A DNA stretch of 64,000 nt. Origin: an uncultured Acidobacteriota bacterium. Lineage in GTDB: Bacteria; Acidobacteriota; Thermoanaerobaculia; UBA5066. Shown one piece after another: positions 10,027-20,317 of this stretch (position 1 is its first letter; each line of letters opens with the position of its first letter). The translations under genes were made by a program, and so were the position numbers. The DNA lies in the NCBI GenBank assembly GCA_963779415.1, contig CAVZYA010000001.1, positions 608,001 through 672,000 on the forward strand. Reading direction: 5' to 3'. The notes under the pieces were generated by a model. That model saw only the letters and a list, made by a program, of their open reading frames with translations, had not been told where the DNA came from and made no database searches.

Positions 10027-11508
10027 ATGGCCGACATCGCACCACGGCTTCGCGACTCGCTGGAACGGCACGCGCGCCGGCCGGCCCTCGAGTTCGCCGG
10101 CCGCCTCTTCCCTTACGAAGAGCTGGAGCGACTCGCGTCCCGATTCGCGGCAGGACTCCGCGCGTACCGAGTGGGGCCGGGGGACGCCGTGGCCGTCCGG
10201 GCGGGAAATTGTCCCGAGGCCGTCATGGCGCTTCTCGGGAATCTCGCCGCCCGCGCCATACACGTTCCGCTGAACCCGGCCTTCACCGAAGAAGAGTCCC
10301 GTCACATCCTCTCCGATTCCGGAACGCGCCTCGTCGTCGCGCCGGCCGCCGCCGATTGCCCGTACGAGCGGCGTGTCTCGTTCGAGGATCTCCTCTCCGC
10401 CGGGGCAGGCGCTCCCTCGCACATTCCGGAGCCGCAGGAGGACGCCATCGCTTTACTCCTCTACACGAGCGGGACGACCGGCCGGAGCAAAGGGGTGGAG
10501 CTTTCCGTTCGGGCGGTTCTCTCGAACCTCGGCTCGGTCGCGCGGCTCTGGCGGATCTCCGAGACGGACCGGGTCGTCGTCGCCCTCCCCCTCTTTCACG
10601 TCCATGGCCTCGGACTCGGAGTGATCGGCTCGCTTCTCTCCGGAGCCACGGTCCTCCTGCAGGAAGAGTTCGATCCCCCAGCCGTCGTCGAAGCCTTCGC
10701 CGCGCGTCGTGCGACGGTCTTCATGGGAGTCCCGACGATGTACGTCCGGCTTCTCGAGCATCTCGCGAGAGATCCTGCCGCGGCCGAAGTGCTCTCGAAG
10801 GCGCGGCTCTTCACGTCCGGGAGCGCCCCCCTCTCGGCGAACGACTTCGCGGCCTTCCGCGCGGCGACGGGGCATTCCGTCCTCGAGCGGTACGGGATGA
10901 CGGAGACCCTCTTCACACTGTCCAATCCCTTCGAGGGAGAGCGTCGACCCGGCAGCGTCGGCCTCCCCGTGACGGGGTGCGCGATCCGAGTCGTCGACGA
11001 CGACCGGAAAGACATCCCTGACGGAACGCCGGGCGAGCTTCTCGTGGAGTCCTCCGGCCTGATGACCCGCTACCGGAACCGCCCGGAGGAGAGCGCTCGG
11101 GCGATGCACGAGGGGTGGTTCGTCACTGGCGACGTGGCGACGCGCTCTACGGACGGCTACGTCACCCTCCACGGCAGGAAGTCCGTCGACTTCGTCAAGA
11201 GCGGCGGGTACCGAATCTCTACCCGCGAGATCGAGGACGTTCTGTCGCGTCACCCGGGCGTCAAGGAGGCGGCCGTCGTCGGCCTCCCTGACCGGGTCTG
11301 GGGTCAGCGAGTGGCCGCTGCCGTCATCCCCGCGCCAGGCGCCTCACGGGCCGGATTCGTCGAGGCGCTCCGGCAACTCGCGGCCGAGGGGCTGGCTCCG
11401 TACAAGCAGCCGCGGGAGATTCTCCTTCTCCCGGAGTTTCCCCGGACGCCCCTCGGGAAAGTTCAGAAGAACGCTCTCGCCACCGAAATCGCCAAGCGCG
11501 ACTCCTGA
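10027..11508 (+). CDS. AMP-dependent acyl-CoA synthetase (malonyl-CoA synthetase MatB-like)
   Basis: YTSGTTGRSKG, LPLFHVHGL, ERYGMTET, TGD, GKVQK motifs. Confidence 0.85.
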   Translation: MADIAPRLRDSLERHARRPALEFAGRLFPYEELERLASRFAAGLRAYRVGPGDAVAVRAGNCPEAVMALLGNLAARAIHVPLNPAFTEEESRHILSDSGTRLVVAPAAADCPYERRVSFEDLLSAGAGAPSHIPEPQEDAIALLLYTSGTTGRSKGVELSVRAVLSNLGSVARLWRISETDRVVVALPLFHVHGLGLGVIGSLLSGATVLLQEEFDPPAVVEAFAARRATVFMGVPTMYVRLLEHLARDPAAAEVLSKARLFTSGSAPLSANDFAAFRAATGHSVLERYGMTETLFTLSNPFEGERRPGSVGLPVTGCAIRVVDDDRKDIPDGTPGELLVESSGLMTRYRNRPEESARAMHEGWFVTGDVATRSTDGYVTLHGRKSVDFVKSGGYRISTREIEDVLSRHPGVKEAAVVGLPDRVWGQRVAAAVIPAPGASRAGFVEALRQLAAEGLAPYKQPREILLLPEFPRTPLGKVQKNALATEIAKRDS

Positions 11509-11532
11509 CGGCGAGACCGACCTGCTCCGGCG

Positions 11533-13218
11533 CTACGGAGCCGTGACGAGTGCAGCGAGCGACGCCTTCCGCGCGGCCTCGAACTCGTCCCCCTTGTTCC
11601 AGACCGGCATCGTCGGGGCGTTCGCCACCTTCAGGCCGAAGTGGAGGAGGAACCGCGTGTCCGCCACGTATCCGTCGAACTTCCACGCGTCCGAAAGAAC
11701 GTCCGAGGGCTGGTGGTAGTTCTTCAGCTCGAACTCCTCGTGCTGCTTTCGCCCCCACTCCGGGCCCTTGCCGATCACGTCGACCCCCGCGCCGAAGTAG
11801 GCCGCCGGAATCCCGATCCGGGCGAAGGAGAGCTGGTCCGACCGGTAGAACGAGCCGCGGTCGGGGAACTGGTCGGGGACGATGACGCGCCCCTCGGCCG
11901 CCGCGACGTCGCGGGCCAGCGCGTCGAGGCTCGACTTTCCGATCCCGATCTGGGCGAGGTCGCGCGTGGCGCCCCAGATGTTCGCGCCGTCGAGGTTGAT
12001 GTTCGCGGCGATCCGGCCCGCGGGAAGAGGGAGATGCGTCGCGAGATACCTCGAGCCGAGGAGGCCTTGCTCTTCGCCGGCCACGAAGGCGAAGAGGAGC
12101 GTCCGCTTCGGCCACACGGGCATCGAGACGATCGCACGGGCGATCGCGAGGAGCGACGAGACGCCGGCGGCGTTGTCGAGGGCGCCGTGGTAGATCGCGT
12201 CGCCGCCGTCCTTCCCCGCTCCCGTCTTCTTTCCGAAGTGGTCGTGATGGGTCGAGAAGAGGACGGCCTCCCGCGAGAGAGCGGGATCGCTTCCGGGGAG
12301 CTTGCCGATCACGTTTCCCGACGTTGCGTGCCGGACGGAGTTCGCGAGCGACAGCGAGATCGTGACGCCGAGAGGAACGGGACGGAAGTCACGCCGCTTC
12401 GCCGACGCCACGAGCGCGTCGAGGTCCTTCCCCGCGAGCGTCGCGAGACGCCGCGTCGCCTCCTCCGTCATCCACGCCCGGACGGGAACGTCGTGCTCCC
12501 CCTCGCCGGGGAGGGAGAAGTTCTCGTTTCCCCACGACGTCTGGACCACCTGCCACGGGTAGCCGGCCGAGGGGGTCGTGTGGAGGATGATCGCCCCCGC
12601 CGCGCCCCTCCGCGCGGCCATCTCGTACTTGTAGTCCCACCGGCCGTAATAGAGGCGGGTCTTGCCGGCGAAGATCGCCGGGTCGTCCTCCGGGTCGTTG
12701 TTCATGAAGACGAGGACCTTCCCCTTGAGGTCCGCCCCCTTGTAGTCGTCCCAGCCGTACTCGGGCGCGACGATTCCGTACCCGACGAAGACGACCTCGC
12801 CCGCGTCGATCGAGACCGAAGGCTTCTCCACCTGCGACATCGCGACGAAGTCCTTCATCGGCGCGAACTCGAGCGTCGTCGTTCCTCTTGCCGCCGTGAG
12901 CGGGCCGGAGGGCGTCGCCTTGATCCCGACGAGGCTCACCGGCTGGATGAAGCCCCCCTCGGGTGCTCCGGGAAGGAGCCCCATCTTCTCCATCTCGGTC
13001 GCGAGGTAGAGCTCGGTGATCGCGTCGGCCCGGCTCCCCGGGCCGCGCCCTTCGAGGAGGTCATCGGCAAGGAACCGGACCGTCCCGCGCAGCTCGTCGG
13101 CGCCGATCCGCGCCGAGGCGGCGGCCTCGGCGGCCGGGTATGGCGATGCCGCGGGCTGGGCGAGCGAGACGGCGGAGAGTGTCATGGAGAGAGCCACGAG
13201 CGTACGGAGAAGTCGCAT
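11533..13218 (-). CDS. M28 family aminopeptidase with PA domain, secreted
   Basis: Signal peptide, LADDLLEGRG, YYGRWDYK, HHDHFG, GALDNAAG, GEEQGLLGS, RSDQ, YHQPSD. Confidence 0.9.
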   Translation of the reverse strand: MRLLRTLVALSMTLSAVSLAQPAASPYPAAEAAASARIGADELRGTVRFLADDLLEGRGPGSRADAITELYLATEMEKMGLLPGAPEGGFIQPVSLVGIKATPSGPLTAARGTTTLEFAPMKDFVAMSQVEKPSVSIDAGEVVFVGYGIVAPEYGWDDYKGADLKGKVLVFMNNDPEDDPAIFAGKTRLYYGRWDYKYEMAARRGAAGAIILHTTPSAGYPWQVVQTSWGNENFSLPGEGEHDVPVRAWMTEEATRRLATLAGKDLDALVASAKRRDFRPVPLGVTISLSLANSVRHATSGNVIGKLPGSDPALSREAVLFSTHHDHFGKKTGAGKDGGDAIYHGALDNAAGVSSLLAIARAIVSMPVWPKRTLLFAFVAGEEQGLLGSRYLATHLPLPAGRIAANINLDGANIWGATRDLAQIGIGKSSLDALARDVAAAEGRVIVPDQFPDRGSFYRSDQLSFARIGIPAAYFGAGVDVIGKGPEWGRKQHEEFELKNYHQPSDVLSDAWKFDGYVADTRFLLHFGLKVANAPTMPVWNKGDEFEAARKASLAALVTAP

Positions 13219-13224
13219 GGAGCG

Positions 13225-13234
13225 AGTGTAACCT
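13225..13234. promoter_or_regulatory. Overlapping divergent -10 elements (bidirectional, leaderless)
   Basis: TACACT on the minus strand (13225-13230) is 6 nt from ATG 13218; TAACCT on the plus strand (13229-13234) is 6 nt from GTG 13241. Confidence 0.5.
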
Positions 13235-13240
13235 TCTCCC

Positions 13241-14257
13241 GTGCTCCTCCCCGCGGCATTTCTCGTCCGGATGATCTTCGCCGTGGCGACCGGCACGCTC
13301 GGTCTCCTCGCGCTCCTCGTCTGCCTCGCCTGGCGTCTCCGCCCGGCCCTCGCGCTCTATTCGGCCCTCGCCCTCGCCATCTCGTTTCACCTCGCCCGTC
13401 CCTTCGTGAGATGGCGGCTCCCGGGCGGGGCCGTCGACCCCTTCTCGCGCCTCGACACCGTCTTCGCCTTCCTGATTCCCCTCTTCGCCCTCGGCGTTCT
13501 CTACGCGCTCGGGCGCGACCAGCGCCGTCCGGCGCGGAGCGCGGCCCTTCTCTTCGTCGCCACCGGCACACTCCTCCTCGGCGCGCTCGCCGACGTCGCC
13601 GTCGCCCGGCAGATCGTCGTCGCCCGCTCGAGCGTTCCGTTCCTCGGAGCCGGCTTCCTCGTCTTCTCGGTCGTCCTTCTCGTCGTCCTTGCCGACGACG
13701 ACAGGCGTCTTCAGGTGCAGGCCACGACCGATCCGCTGACCGGCCTGGCGAACCGCGCCGCCTTCCTCGAGCGGGCCCGCTTCGAGATCCAGCGCGCGGA
13801 GCGGTCCGGGCGCCCGCTCGCGATCGTCCTCTTCGACCTCGACCGGTTCAAATCGGTCAACGACCGGTTCGGGCACCCCGCCGGGGACCGCGTCCTTCTC
13901 GGAGCGGCGACCGCCATCTCGCGGACGATCCGCGGCATCGACCTCGCGGCGCGCTGGGGGGGCGAGGAGTTCGCCGTCCTCCTCGTCGACGCGGACGAGT
14001 CGACCGCCGGGACCGCCGTGGAGCGGATCCGGGAGGCCGTCGCCGCGACCGGGCCTCCGCGCGTCCCCGTCTCCGTGACAATCTCGGCCGGCATCGCCGT
14101 CCACCACGGCCTCTTCGAGCGGAGCCAGGTCGACGGCCTTCTCCGCCGCGCCGACGCCGCCCTCTACGCCGCGAAGAAGAAGGGACGGAACCGCGCCGAG
14201 TTCGAGTCAGCCCTCGCCGCCCCGCCGTCGACCCCGGCCGACGTCCGTCTCCGGTAG
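13241..14257 (+). CDS. Membrane-anchored diguanylate cyclase
   Basis: About 5 TM segments, then DPLTGLANR, DLDRFKSVND.FGH, RGID I-site, WGGEEF, ADAALY.AK..GRN. Confidence 0.9.
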   Translation: MLLPAAFLVRMIFAVATGTLGLLALLVCLAWRLRPALALYSALALAISFHLARPFVRWRLPGGAVDPFSRLDTVFAFLIPLFALGVLYALGRDQRRPARSAALLFVATGTLLLGALADVAVARQIVVARSSVPFLGAGFLVFSVVLLVVLADDDRRLQVQATTDPLTGLANRAAFLERARFEIQRAERSGRPLAIVLFDLDRFKSVNDRFGHPAGDRVLLGAATAISRTIRGIDLAARWGGEEFAVLLVDADESTAGTAVERIREAVAATGPPRVPVSVTISAGIAVHHGLFERSQVDGLLRRADAALYAAKKKGRNRAEFESALAAPPSTPADVRLR

Positions 14258-14261
14258 GCGT

Positions 14262-15581
14262 TCAGCGCGTCATCGGGAGGGCGAGGGGGGCGGAGCGGAG
14301 GAAGTCGAAGGAGCGCATCTCCGCGCAGGCGGCGTCGAGCTTCGCCTTCGAGACCTTCTCCAGCGTCACGACGAACGGCAGCGCTTCCTTGTCGTCCCAC
14401 GGAGCCTGGAAGACGGCGTCGATGTTGATGCCCTGCTCCGCGAGGACGCGGCTGATGGCGGCGATGATGCCGGGACGGTCCCTGACGACGAAGCGGAGGC
14501 AGAAGGGGGCGACGAACTCCTCGGCGGGCGCGATGGACGCGCGCGGCAGGGCCTCGAAGCCGAACGTCGGCGCCGCCGGCCGCCCGCCGCTTCGCGCGAT
14601 CTCCACGAGGTCGGAGAGGATGGCCGTCGCGGTCGGGTCGCCCCCGGCTCCGCGCCCGTGGAAGACGAAGGGCCCGCCCGACTCTCCCTCCACCTGGACG
14701 GCGTTGAAGGGCCCTTCCACGCGCGCGAGGAGAGACGAGTTGGAGACGAGATGGGTCCGGACCGAGAGGAGGAGCCTTCCGCTCTCCGTCCGGCGCGCCG
14801 TCGCGATCTGGCGGAGCGTCCGGCCGAGGAGCCGTCCGTAAACGACGTCGTACGGCTCGAGCGCCGTGATCCCCTCCCGCGAGACGTCGTCGACGTTCAC
14901 CTGCTCGCCGAAAGCGAGGCGCGCGAGAAGCGCCAGCTTGTACGCCGCGTCCCATCCCTCGACGTCGCTCGACGGGTCGGCTTCGGCGTAGCCGAGCCGC
15001 TTGGCTTCTTCGAGGATCGAGGCGTAGCGGCCGGAGCCTGCGCTCATCTCCGTCAGGATGAAGTTGCACGTCCCGTTCAGAATCCCCCCGACGGAGACGA
15101 TGCGGTCGCCGGAGAAGCTCTCGCGGAGCGCGCGGAGGATCGGGATCCCTCCGGCCACCGAGGCTTCGATCCCGAGGGCGACTCCTCGCTCGGTGGCGCT
15201 CCGGGCGAGCCCCTCCCCTTCGCGCGCCAGGAGGAGCTTGTTGGCCGTCACGACGTGCTTCCCCGCTCCGATAGCGGCGCGCACGAGACCTCCGGCGGGC
15301 TCGAGACCGCCGAGCAGCTCCACGACCCCGTCGACGCCGGGATCGTAGACGACGCTCTCGAGGTCTTCCGTCCAACGGACGCCTTCCGCGACCCACGTCT
15401 GCTTCTTCTCGAGGACTCGTCGGTTTCCGATCGCGACGACGGAGAGGTCGAGGCCGAGCCGGTCGCGGAGGCGCGGCGACTCCCTCTGAAGCACGCGGAC
15501 GAGCGACTCTCCCACGGTGCCGAATCCGAGGAGACCGATGCGGAGAGTCTTCAAGTCGGCCGACTCTAAGCGAGGCGTCAT
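14262..15581 (-). CDS. hom: Homoserine dehydrogenase with C-terminal ACT domain
   Basis: GFGTVG, VVTANK, EASVAGGIP, GILNGTCNFIL, GYAEADP, GAGGDPTA, DRPGIIA. Confidence 0.95.
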   Translation of the reverse strand: MTPRLESADLKTLRIGLLGFGTVGESLVRVLQRESPRLRDRLGLDLSVVAIGNRRVLEKKQTWVAEGVRWTEDLESVVYDPGVDGVVELLGGLEPAGGLVRAAIGAGKHVVTANKLLLAREGEGLARSATERGVALGIEASVAGGIPILRALRESFSGDRIVSVGGILNGTCNFILTEMSAGSGRYASILEEAKRLGYAEADPSSDVEGWDAAYKLALLARLAFGEQVNVDDVSREGITALEPYDVVYGRLLGRTLRQIATARRTESGRLLLSVRTHLVSNSSLLARVEGPFNAVQVEGESGGPFVFHGRGAGGDPTATAILSDLVEIARSGGRPAAPTFGFEALPRASIAPAEEFVAPFCLRFVVRDRPGIIAAISRVLAEQGINIDAVFQAPWDDKEALPFVVTLEKVSKAKLDAACAEMRSFDFLRSAPLALPMTR

Positions 15582-15651
15582 GCCCGGTCAAAGGCGCTTC
15601 TCGGGAACCTTTCCGGAGGGGCGGGGTCTCAACCTCCGAAAGGAGACCGAA

Positions 15652-16416
15652 ATGCCCCGCACCCCGCTTCTGCTCGCCCTCCTCGCCTTCGCCGCCGCTC
15701 CGGCCGCCGCCTCTACGGGCGGCGCCGGGTTCGGACTCTCGGTCGTCGTGAACGGCGCCGCCCGCCCGGAATACGCGGAGCGCGGCACCCTCTATGTCGA
15801 AGCGATCCGCGGCCGGAACTACGCGCTTCGAATCACCAACCCGCTGCCGGTCCGCGTCGCCGTTGCGCTCTCGGTCGACGGGCTGAACACGATCGACGCC
15901 CGGCACGCCCCCGCGTGGGAATCGCGGAAGTGGATCCTCGGGCCGTACGAAACCGTCGTCATCGAGGGGTGGCAGGTCTCCGGCGACGCCGCGCGGAGGT
16001 TCGTCTTCACCGGCGAGAAGGACTCTTACGGCGCCCACCTCGGCGAGACCGAGAACCTCGGTGTCATCGAAGCGGTCTTCTTCCGGGAGCGGCCGCGCCC
16101 CGTGGCGCGCGACCGCTTCGCCCCCGCCGCGCCCGCTCCGTCGCGCGAGGCCGCCGGATCCGCCGGGCGCGCCGAGGCTCTCCAGAAATCGTCTGGGCTC
16201 TCCGACGACTACGCGGCGACCGGGATGGGGGACCGGACCCGCCACGACGTCACGGAGGTCCGCCTCGAACTCGACCCGACACCCGCGGCTTCGCTCCGGA
16301 TCCGGTACGAGTTCCGGCCCGTCCTCGAGGCGCTCGGCATCCTTCCCCGTCCCGAGGCCCCGCTCGACCGAAGGGAGCGCTCCCGTGGCTTCGGGGCCTA
16401 CTGTCCCGAGCGGTAG
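15652..16416 (+). CDS. Secreted hypothetical protein
   Basis: AAGGAG RBS, signal peptide, beta-rich domain (LSVDGLNTID, IEGWQ, FVFT, NLGVIEAVFFRE). Confidence 0.7.
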   Translation: MPRTPLLLALLAFAAAPAAASTGGAGFGLSVVVNGAARPEYAERGTLYVEAIRGRNYALRITNPLPVRVAVALSVDGLNTIDARHAPAWESRKWILGPYETVVIEGWQVSGDAARRFVFTGEKDSYGAHLGETENLGVIEAVFFRERPRPVARDRFAPAAPAPSREAAGSAGRAEALQKSSGLSDDYAATGMGDRTRHDVTEVRLELDPTPAASLRIRYEFRPVLEALGILPRPEAPLDRRERSRGFGAYCPER

Positions 16417-16515
16417 AGGGCGCGAAATAGTGCAAACGGATCAGGCGTGAAGGCAACCTCCCGGGGCTCCGGAGCGTATAAAAAGCGTTCCGTGAGACCC
16501 ACGAGAGGAGAGCCC

Positions 16516-19351
16516 ATGCGCCTGATCCGCGCTTTCGTCGTCATCCTCGCCGCCGCCATGGCGACGGCCCTCAATGCCGCGACCCCCTCGAGCGACATCC
16601 TCCCCTTCAAGGCCACCGAGAAGACCCTCCCGAACGGCCTGAAGGTGATCGTCGTCCCGACCGGATTCCCGAACATCGTCGCGATCTACATCCCGGTCCA
16701 GACCGGGTCGCGGAACGAGGTGGAGCCGGGCAAGTCCGGCTTCGCCCACTTCTTCGAGCACATGATGTTCCGCGGGACGAAGAACGTCACGCCGGAGGAG
16801 TACGAGAGGGCCCTGACGAAGGCGGGCGCCCGGTCGAACGCCTACACGACGGACGACTACACCTGCTACCACACGACCCTCGCGAAGGAGGACCTCGAGA
16901 CGATGCTCCGCCTCGAGGCCGACCGCTTCCAGAACCTCTCGTACTCGGAAGCGGCCTTCAAGACGGAGGCGCGCGCCGTCCTCGGCGAGTACAACAAGAA
17001 CAGCGCCAACCCGACCTCGAAGATCTTCGAGGCGCAGCGCGACACGGCCTTCGACGTCCATACCTACAAGCACACGACGATGGGCTTCCTCAAGGACATC
17101 GAGGAGATGCCCAACCAGTTCGCCTACTCGAAGGTCTTCTTCGACCGCTGGTACCGCCCCGAGTACACGACCGTCATCGTGGCGGGCGACGTCGACCCGG
17201 CGAAGGTGATCCCGCTCGTCGAGAAGTACTGGGGCGGCTGGACGCGCGGGAGCTTCAAGGCCGCGATCCCGCAGGAGCCGCGCGCACACGGCCCCGCGGT
17301 ACGCGCACGTCGCCTGGAAGACGCCGACGCTTCCGTGGGTGACCGTCGCCTTCCACGGCCCCGCGTTCTCCGAGACCTCGAAGGAGTACGCCGCCTTCGA
17401 CCTCGCTCTTCGACCTGGCGTTCGGCCGGACCTCCGATCTCTACAAGAAGCTCGTCGAAGAGGAGCAGAAGGTCGACCAGCTCTTCGGCCATTGCGCCCG
17501 GAAGCGCCGACCCGCCTCTCTTCACCGTCGCGGCGCGCGTCAAGAAGCTGGAGGACGCCGTCACCGTCCGCGACGAGATCCTCCGGACCTTCGCGAAGAT
17601 CCGGACGGACCGGTTCCCCGACAAGACCGTCGCGGACGCCATCTCGAACAACCGCTACGCCCTCGCCCGGACGGTTCGACAACACCGAGGCGATCGCGAG
17701 CACGCTGGCCCGCTTCGTCCGGTACGACCGTTCGTACGACACGCTGAACCAGCTCTACCGGACGGCGGCGACCGTGACGCCCGACGATCTCCTCGCGGCC
17801 GCGCGGAAGTACGTCATGGACGGCGAGATGGTCGTGACGACGCTCTCGAAGGAGCCGATGCCGGCGGCGATGGCGGACGCTCCCCGCTCTCGCCACGTTC
17901 GCGGCGCCCGCCGCGGCCGCAGATCTCTCCTTCATCACGCAGAACCCCGCCCTTCCCCAGATCGTCGTGAAGCTCGCGTTCAAGGCCGGTTCGGCCAGCG
18001 ACCCGAAGGGGAAGGAGGGGCTCGCCGCCCTCACCGCCTCGATGATCTCCGAGGCCGGCTCGAAGGAGATGCGGATCGACGAGATCAAGCAAGGCCCTCT
18101 ATCCCGGTGGCCGGCAGCTTCGACGACCAGGTCGACAAGGAGATGACGACCTTCACGGCCGTCATCCACAAGGACAACTGGAGGACGCTGGCCGACGTCG
18201 CCCTGCCGCAGCTCGTCGACCCGGGGTTCCGCGAGGAGGACTTCAAGCGGCTGAAGGACCAGCAGCGGAACGCCCTGACGCAGAACCTCCGGAGCTTCAA
18301 CGAGGAGGAGCTCGGCAAGGAGCGGCTCCAGGAAGACGTCTTCGCCGGCACTCCGTACGGTCACACCGTACTCGGCACCGTGGCGGGACTGAACGCGATC
18401 ACGCTCGACGACGTGAAGGCCTTCGCGAAGTCCGCCTACACGCGCGCCGCCCTGATCGCGGGGATCTCGGGCGCCGCGCCGGCGGAGTTCGTCGACCGCC
18501 TCAGGGCCGATCTCGGCAAGCTGCCGGCCGGTCCCGCTCTCCCCGCTCCCGCGGGGGTCGTCGCGAGGATGCCGAAGGGTCTCGAGGTCGAGATCATCCA
18601 GAAGGAGACGCGGGCCACGGCGATCTCGTTCGGCAACCCGATCGACGTGACGCGCGCGCACCCGGACTTCGCCGCCCTCTCGGTCGCGCAGGTCTGGCTC
18701 GGCGAGCACCGCTCGTCGCAGTCGCACCTCTACCAGCGGATCCGCGAGCTGCGCGGGATGAACTACGGCGACTACGCCTACATCGAGGCGTTCCCGCGCG
18801 GCATGTACCAGTTCTTCCCCGATCCGAACATCCCGCGGCGCTCGCAGCTCTTCGAGGTCTGGATCCGCCCGGTCGTCCCGGAGAACGGCCACATGGCGCT
18901 CCGGATCGCGCTCTACGAGCTGGGGAAGCTGATCAAGGACGGCCTCACGCAGGCCGACTTCGAGGCCACGCGCGAATACCTGATGAAGAACGTCTATCTC
19001 CTCACCTCGACGCAGGACGATCAGCTCGGCTACGCGATCGACTCGGCCTGGTACGGCATCCCGGAGTTCACCTCGACCATGAGCGGGAAGCTCGCGAAGC
19101 TGACGCGCGAGGAGGTCAACGCCGCCATCCGGAAGCACTTCTCGGCGAAGGATCTCTCGGTCGTCATCATCACGAAGGACGCCGCCGGGTTGAAGGAGAA
19201 GCTCCTCTCCGACGCCGTCTCCACGATCAAGTACGACTCGGAGAAGCCGAAAGAGGTCTACGAAGAGGACAAGGTCGTCGGCGCGATGAAGCTCGGCATC
19301 AGGCCGGAGAACGTTAAGATCACGCCCGTCGATGACGTCTTTGCGAGGTGA
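16516..19351 (+). CDS. M16 (insulinase/pitrilysin) zinc protease, several frameshifts
   Basis: GAGGAG RBS, signal peptide, LPNGLKV, GSRNE, HFFEH inverted zinc motif; inactive M16 C-half in ORF 17339..19351. Confidence 0.85.
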
Positions 19352-19355
19352 AACG

Positions 19356-19727
19356 ATGAAACGTCCCAGTGACCTGATCGTCGGAAGCGCCCTTCTCGCC
19401 CTCCTCTTCGGATGCGGCGGCGGCGGCCCCGGAACGAGCATGGTCCGGGTGTCGAACGTGAAGGTCCCGTCCAAGTCCAGCTCGTGCAAGCTGACGATCT
19501 ACCAGAGCGAAGCCGACGTGAAGCAGGCTTTCGAGAAGCTCTGCGTCATCACGTCGGAGCCGTCCAAGACCGTGGAGGCCACCTACGACGATCTCCGGAA
19601 GGCCGGCTGCAAGTGCGGAGCGGACGCCCTCCTCATCACCGACACCCGGGCCGAGGGGAAGAAGGCGGTCGTCACGGCGGCGGCCATCCGGTACGTGAAC
19701 GCGACGGAGCCGGCGCCGAGGAAGTAA
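19356..19727 (+). CDS. Small lipoprotein (possible RcsF/YbjQ-like fold)
   Basis: LFGC lipobox; GADALLI...AAAIRY ending; four further Cys. Confidence 0.65.
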   Translation: MKRPSDLIVGSALLALLFGCGGGGPGTSMVRVSNVKVPSKSSSCKLTIYQSEADVKQAFEKLCVITSEPSKTVEATYDDLRKAGCKCGADALLITDTRAEGKKAVVTAAAIRYVNATEPAPRK

Positions 19728-19774
19728 CCCCGTTTTCGGTCCACGTCTCGCGCCCCCTCCGTCCGATTCCGGGC

Positions 19775-19803
19775 TTGACGAAATCCCGTATCGCGAATAG
19801 AGT
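19775..19803 (+). promoter_or_regulatory. sigma70-type promoter of the suf operon
   Basis: TTGACG-17 nt-TAGAGT upstream of the Rrf2 gene. Confidence 0.7.
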
Positions 19804-19827
19804 ACCGAATTGGTCCGATATCGGACC
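19797..19827. promoter_or_regulatory. Putative Rrf2/IscR-type operator plus perfect palindrome
   Basis: 25-mer ATAGAGTACCGAATTGGTCCGATAT overlaps the -10; GGTCCGATATCGGACC (19812-19827) is a perfect 16-bp palindrome. Confidence 0.55.
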
Positions 19828-19840
19828 GGAGAGATACGCG

Positions 19841-20317
19841 ATGCTCCGAATGGCCAAGCTCACCGACTACGGCATCGTCCTTCTGACCCAGTTCGCGGCC
19901 CGACAGGACGCGGCGCCGATGACGGCGCGGGAGATCGCGGCTCAAGCGCGCCTCCCCCTTCCGACCGTCGGGAAGCTCCTCAAACAGCTCTCGCACGGCG
20001 GCCTCCTCTCCTCGCAGCGCGGGACGAAGGGGGGCTACTTCCTCGCCCGCCCGGCGCGGGAGATCACCGTGGCCCAGATCATCGAGGTGCTCGAAGGCCC
20101 GATGGCCCTCACCGAGTGCCAGGCTCCGGGGGTCTGCGACCAGGAGCGCTTCTGCTCGGTGAAGCCGAACTGGCTCGTCATAAACCGGACCGTCCGGGAC
20201 GCCCTGTCCAACGTCACCCTCGCCGACATGGCCCGCCCGATGCGCCCCGTCTTTCCGATCTCGTTCTCCCCCGATTCGCATCCGGAGAGGACGCTCCCGA
20301 GGGGTCACGCCTCATGA
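19841..20317 (+). CDS. SUF system Fe-S cluster assembly regulator (Rrf2 family)
   Basis: MLRMAKLTDYG, SQRGTKGGYFLAR, C-x5-C-x5-C. Confidence 0.92.
   Translation: MLRMAKLTDYGIVLLTQFAARQDAAPMTAREIAAQARLPLPTVGKLLKQLSHGGLLSSQRGTKGGYFLARPAREITVAQIIEVLEGPMALTECQAPGVCDQERFCSVKPNWLVINRTVRDALSNVTLADMARPMRPVFPISFSPDSHPERTLPRGHAS

Noticed and set aside
11641-14841. Long antisense or alternate-frame ORFs (for example 11641..14841, 55991..58600, 41121..43637, 301..1989)
   Set aside because: Shadow ORFs typical of high-GC DNA; they are Arg/Pro/Gly-rich, lack motifs and overlap well-supported genes.
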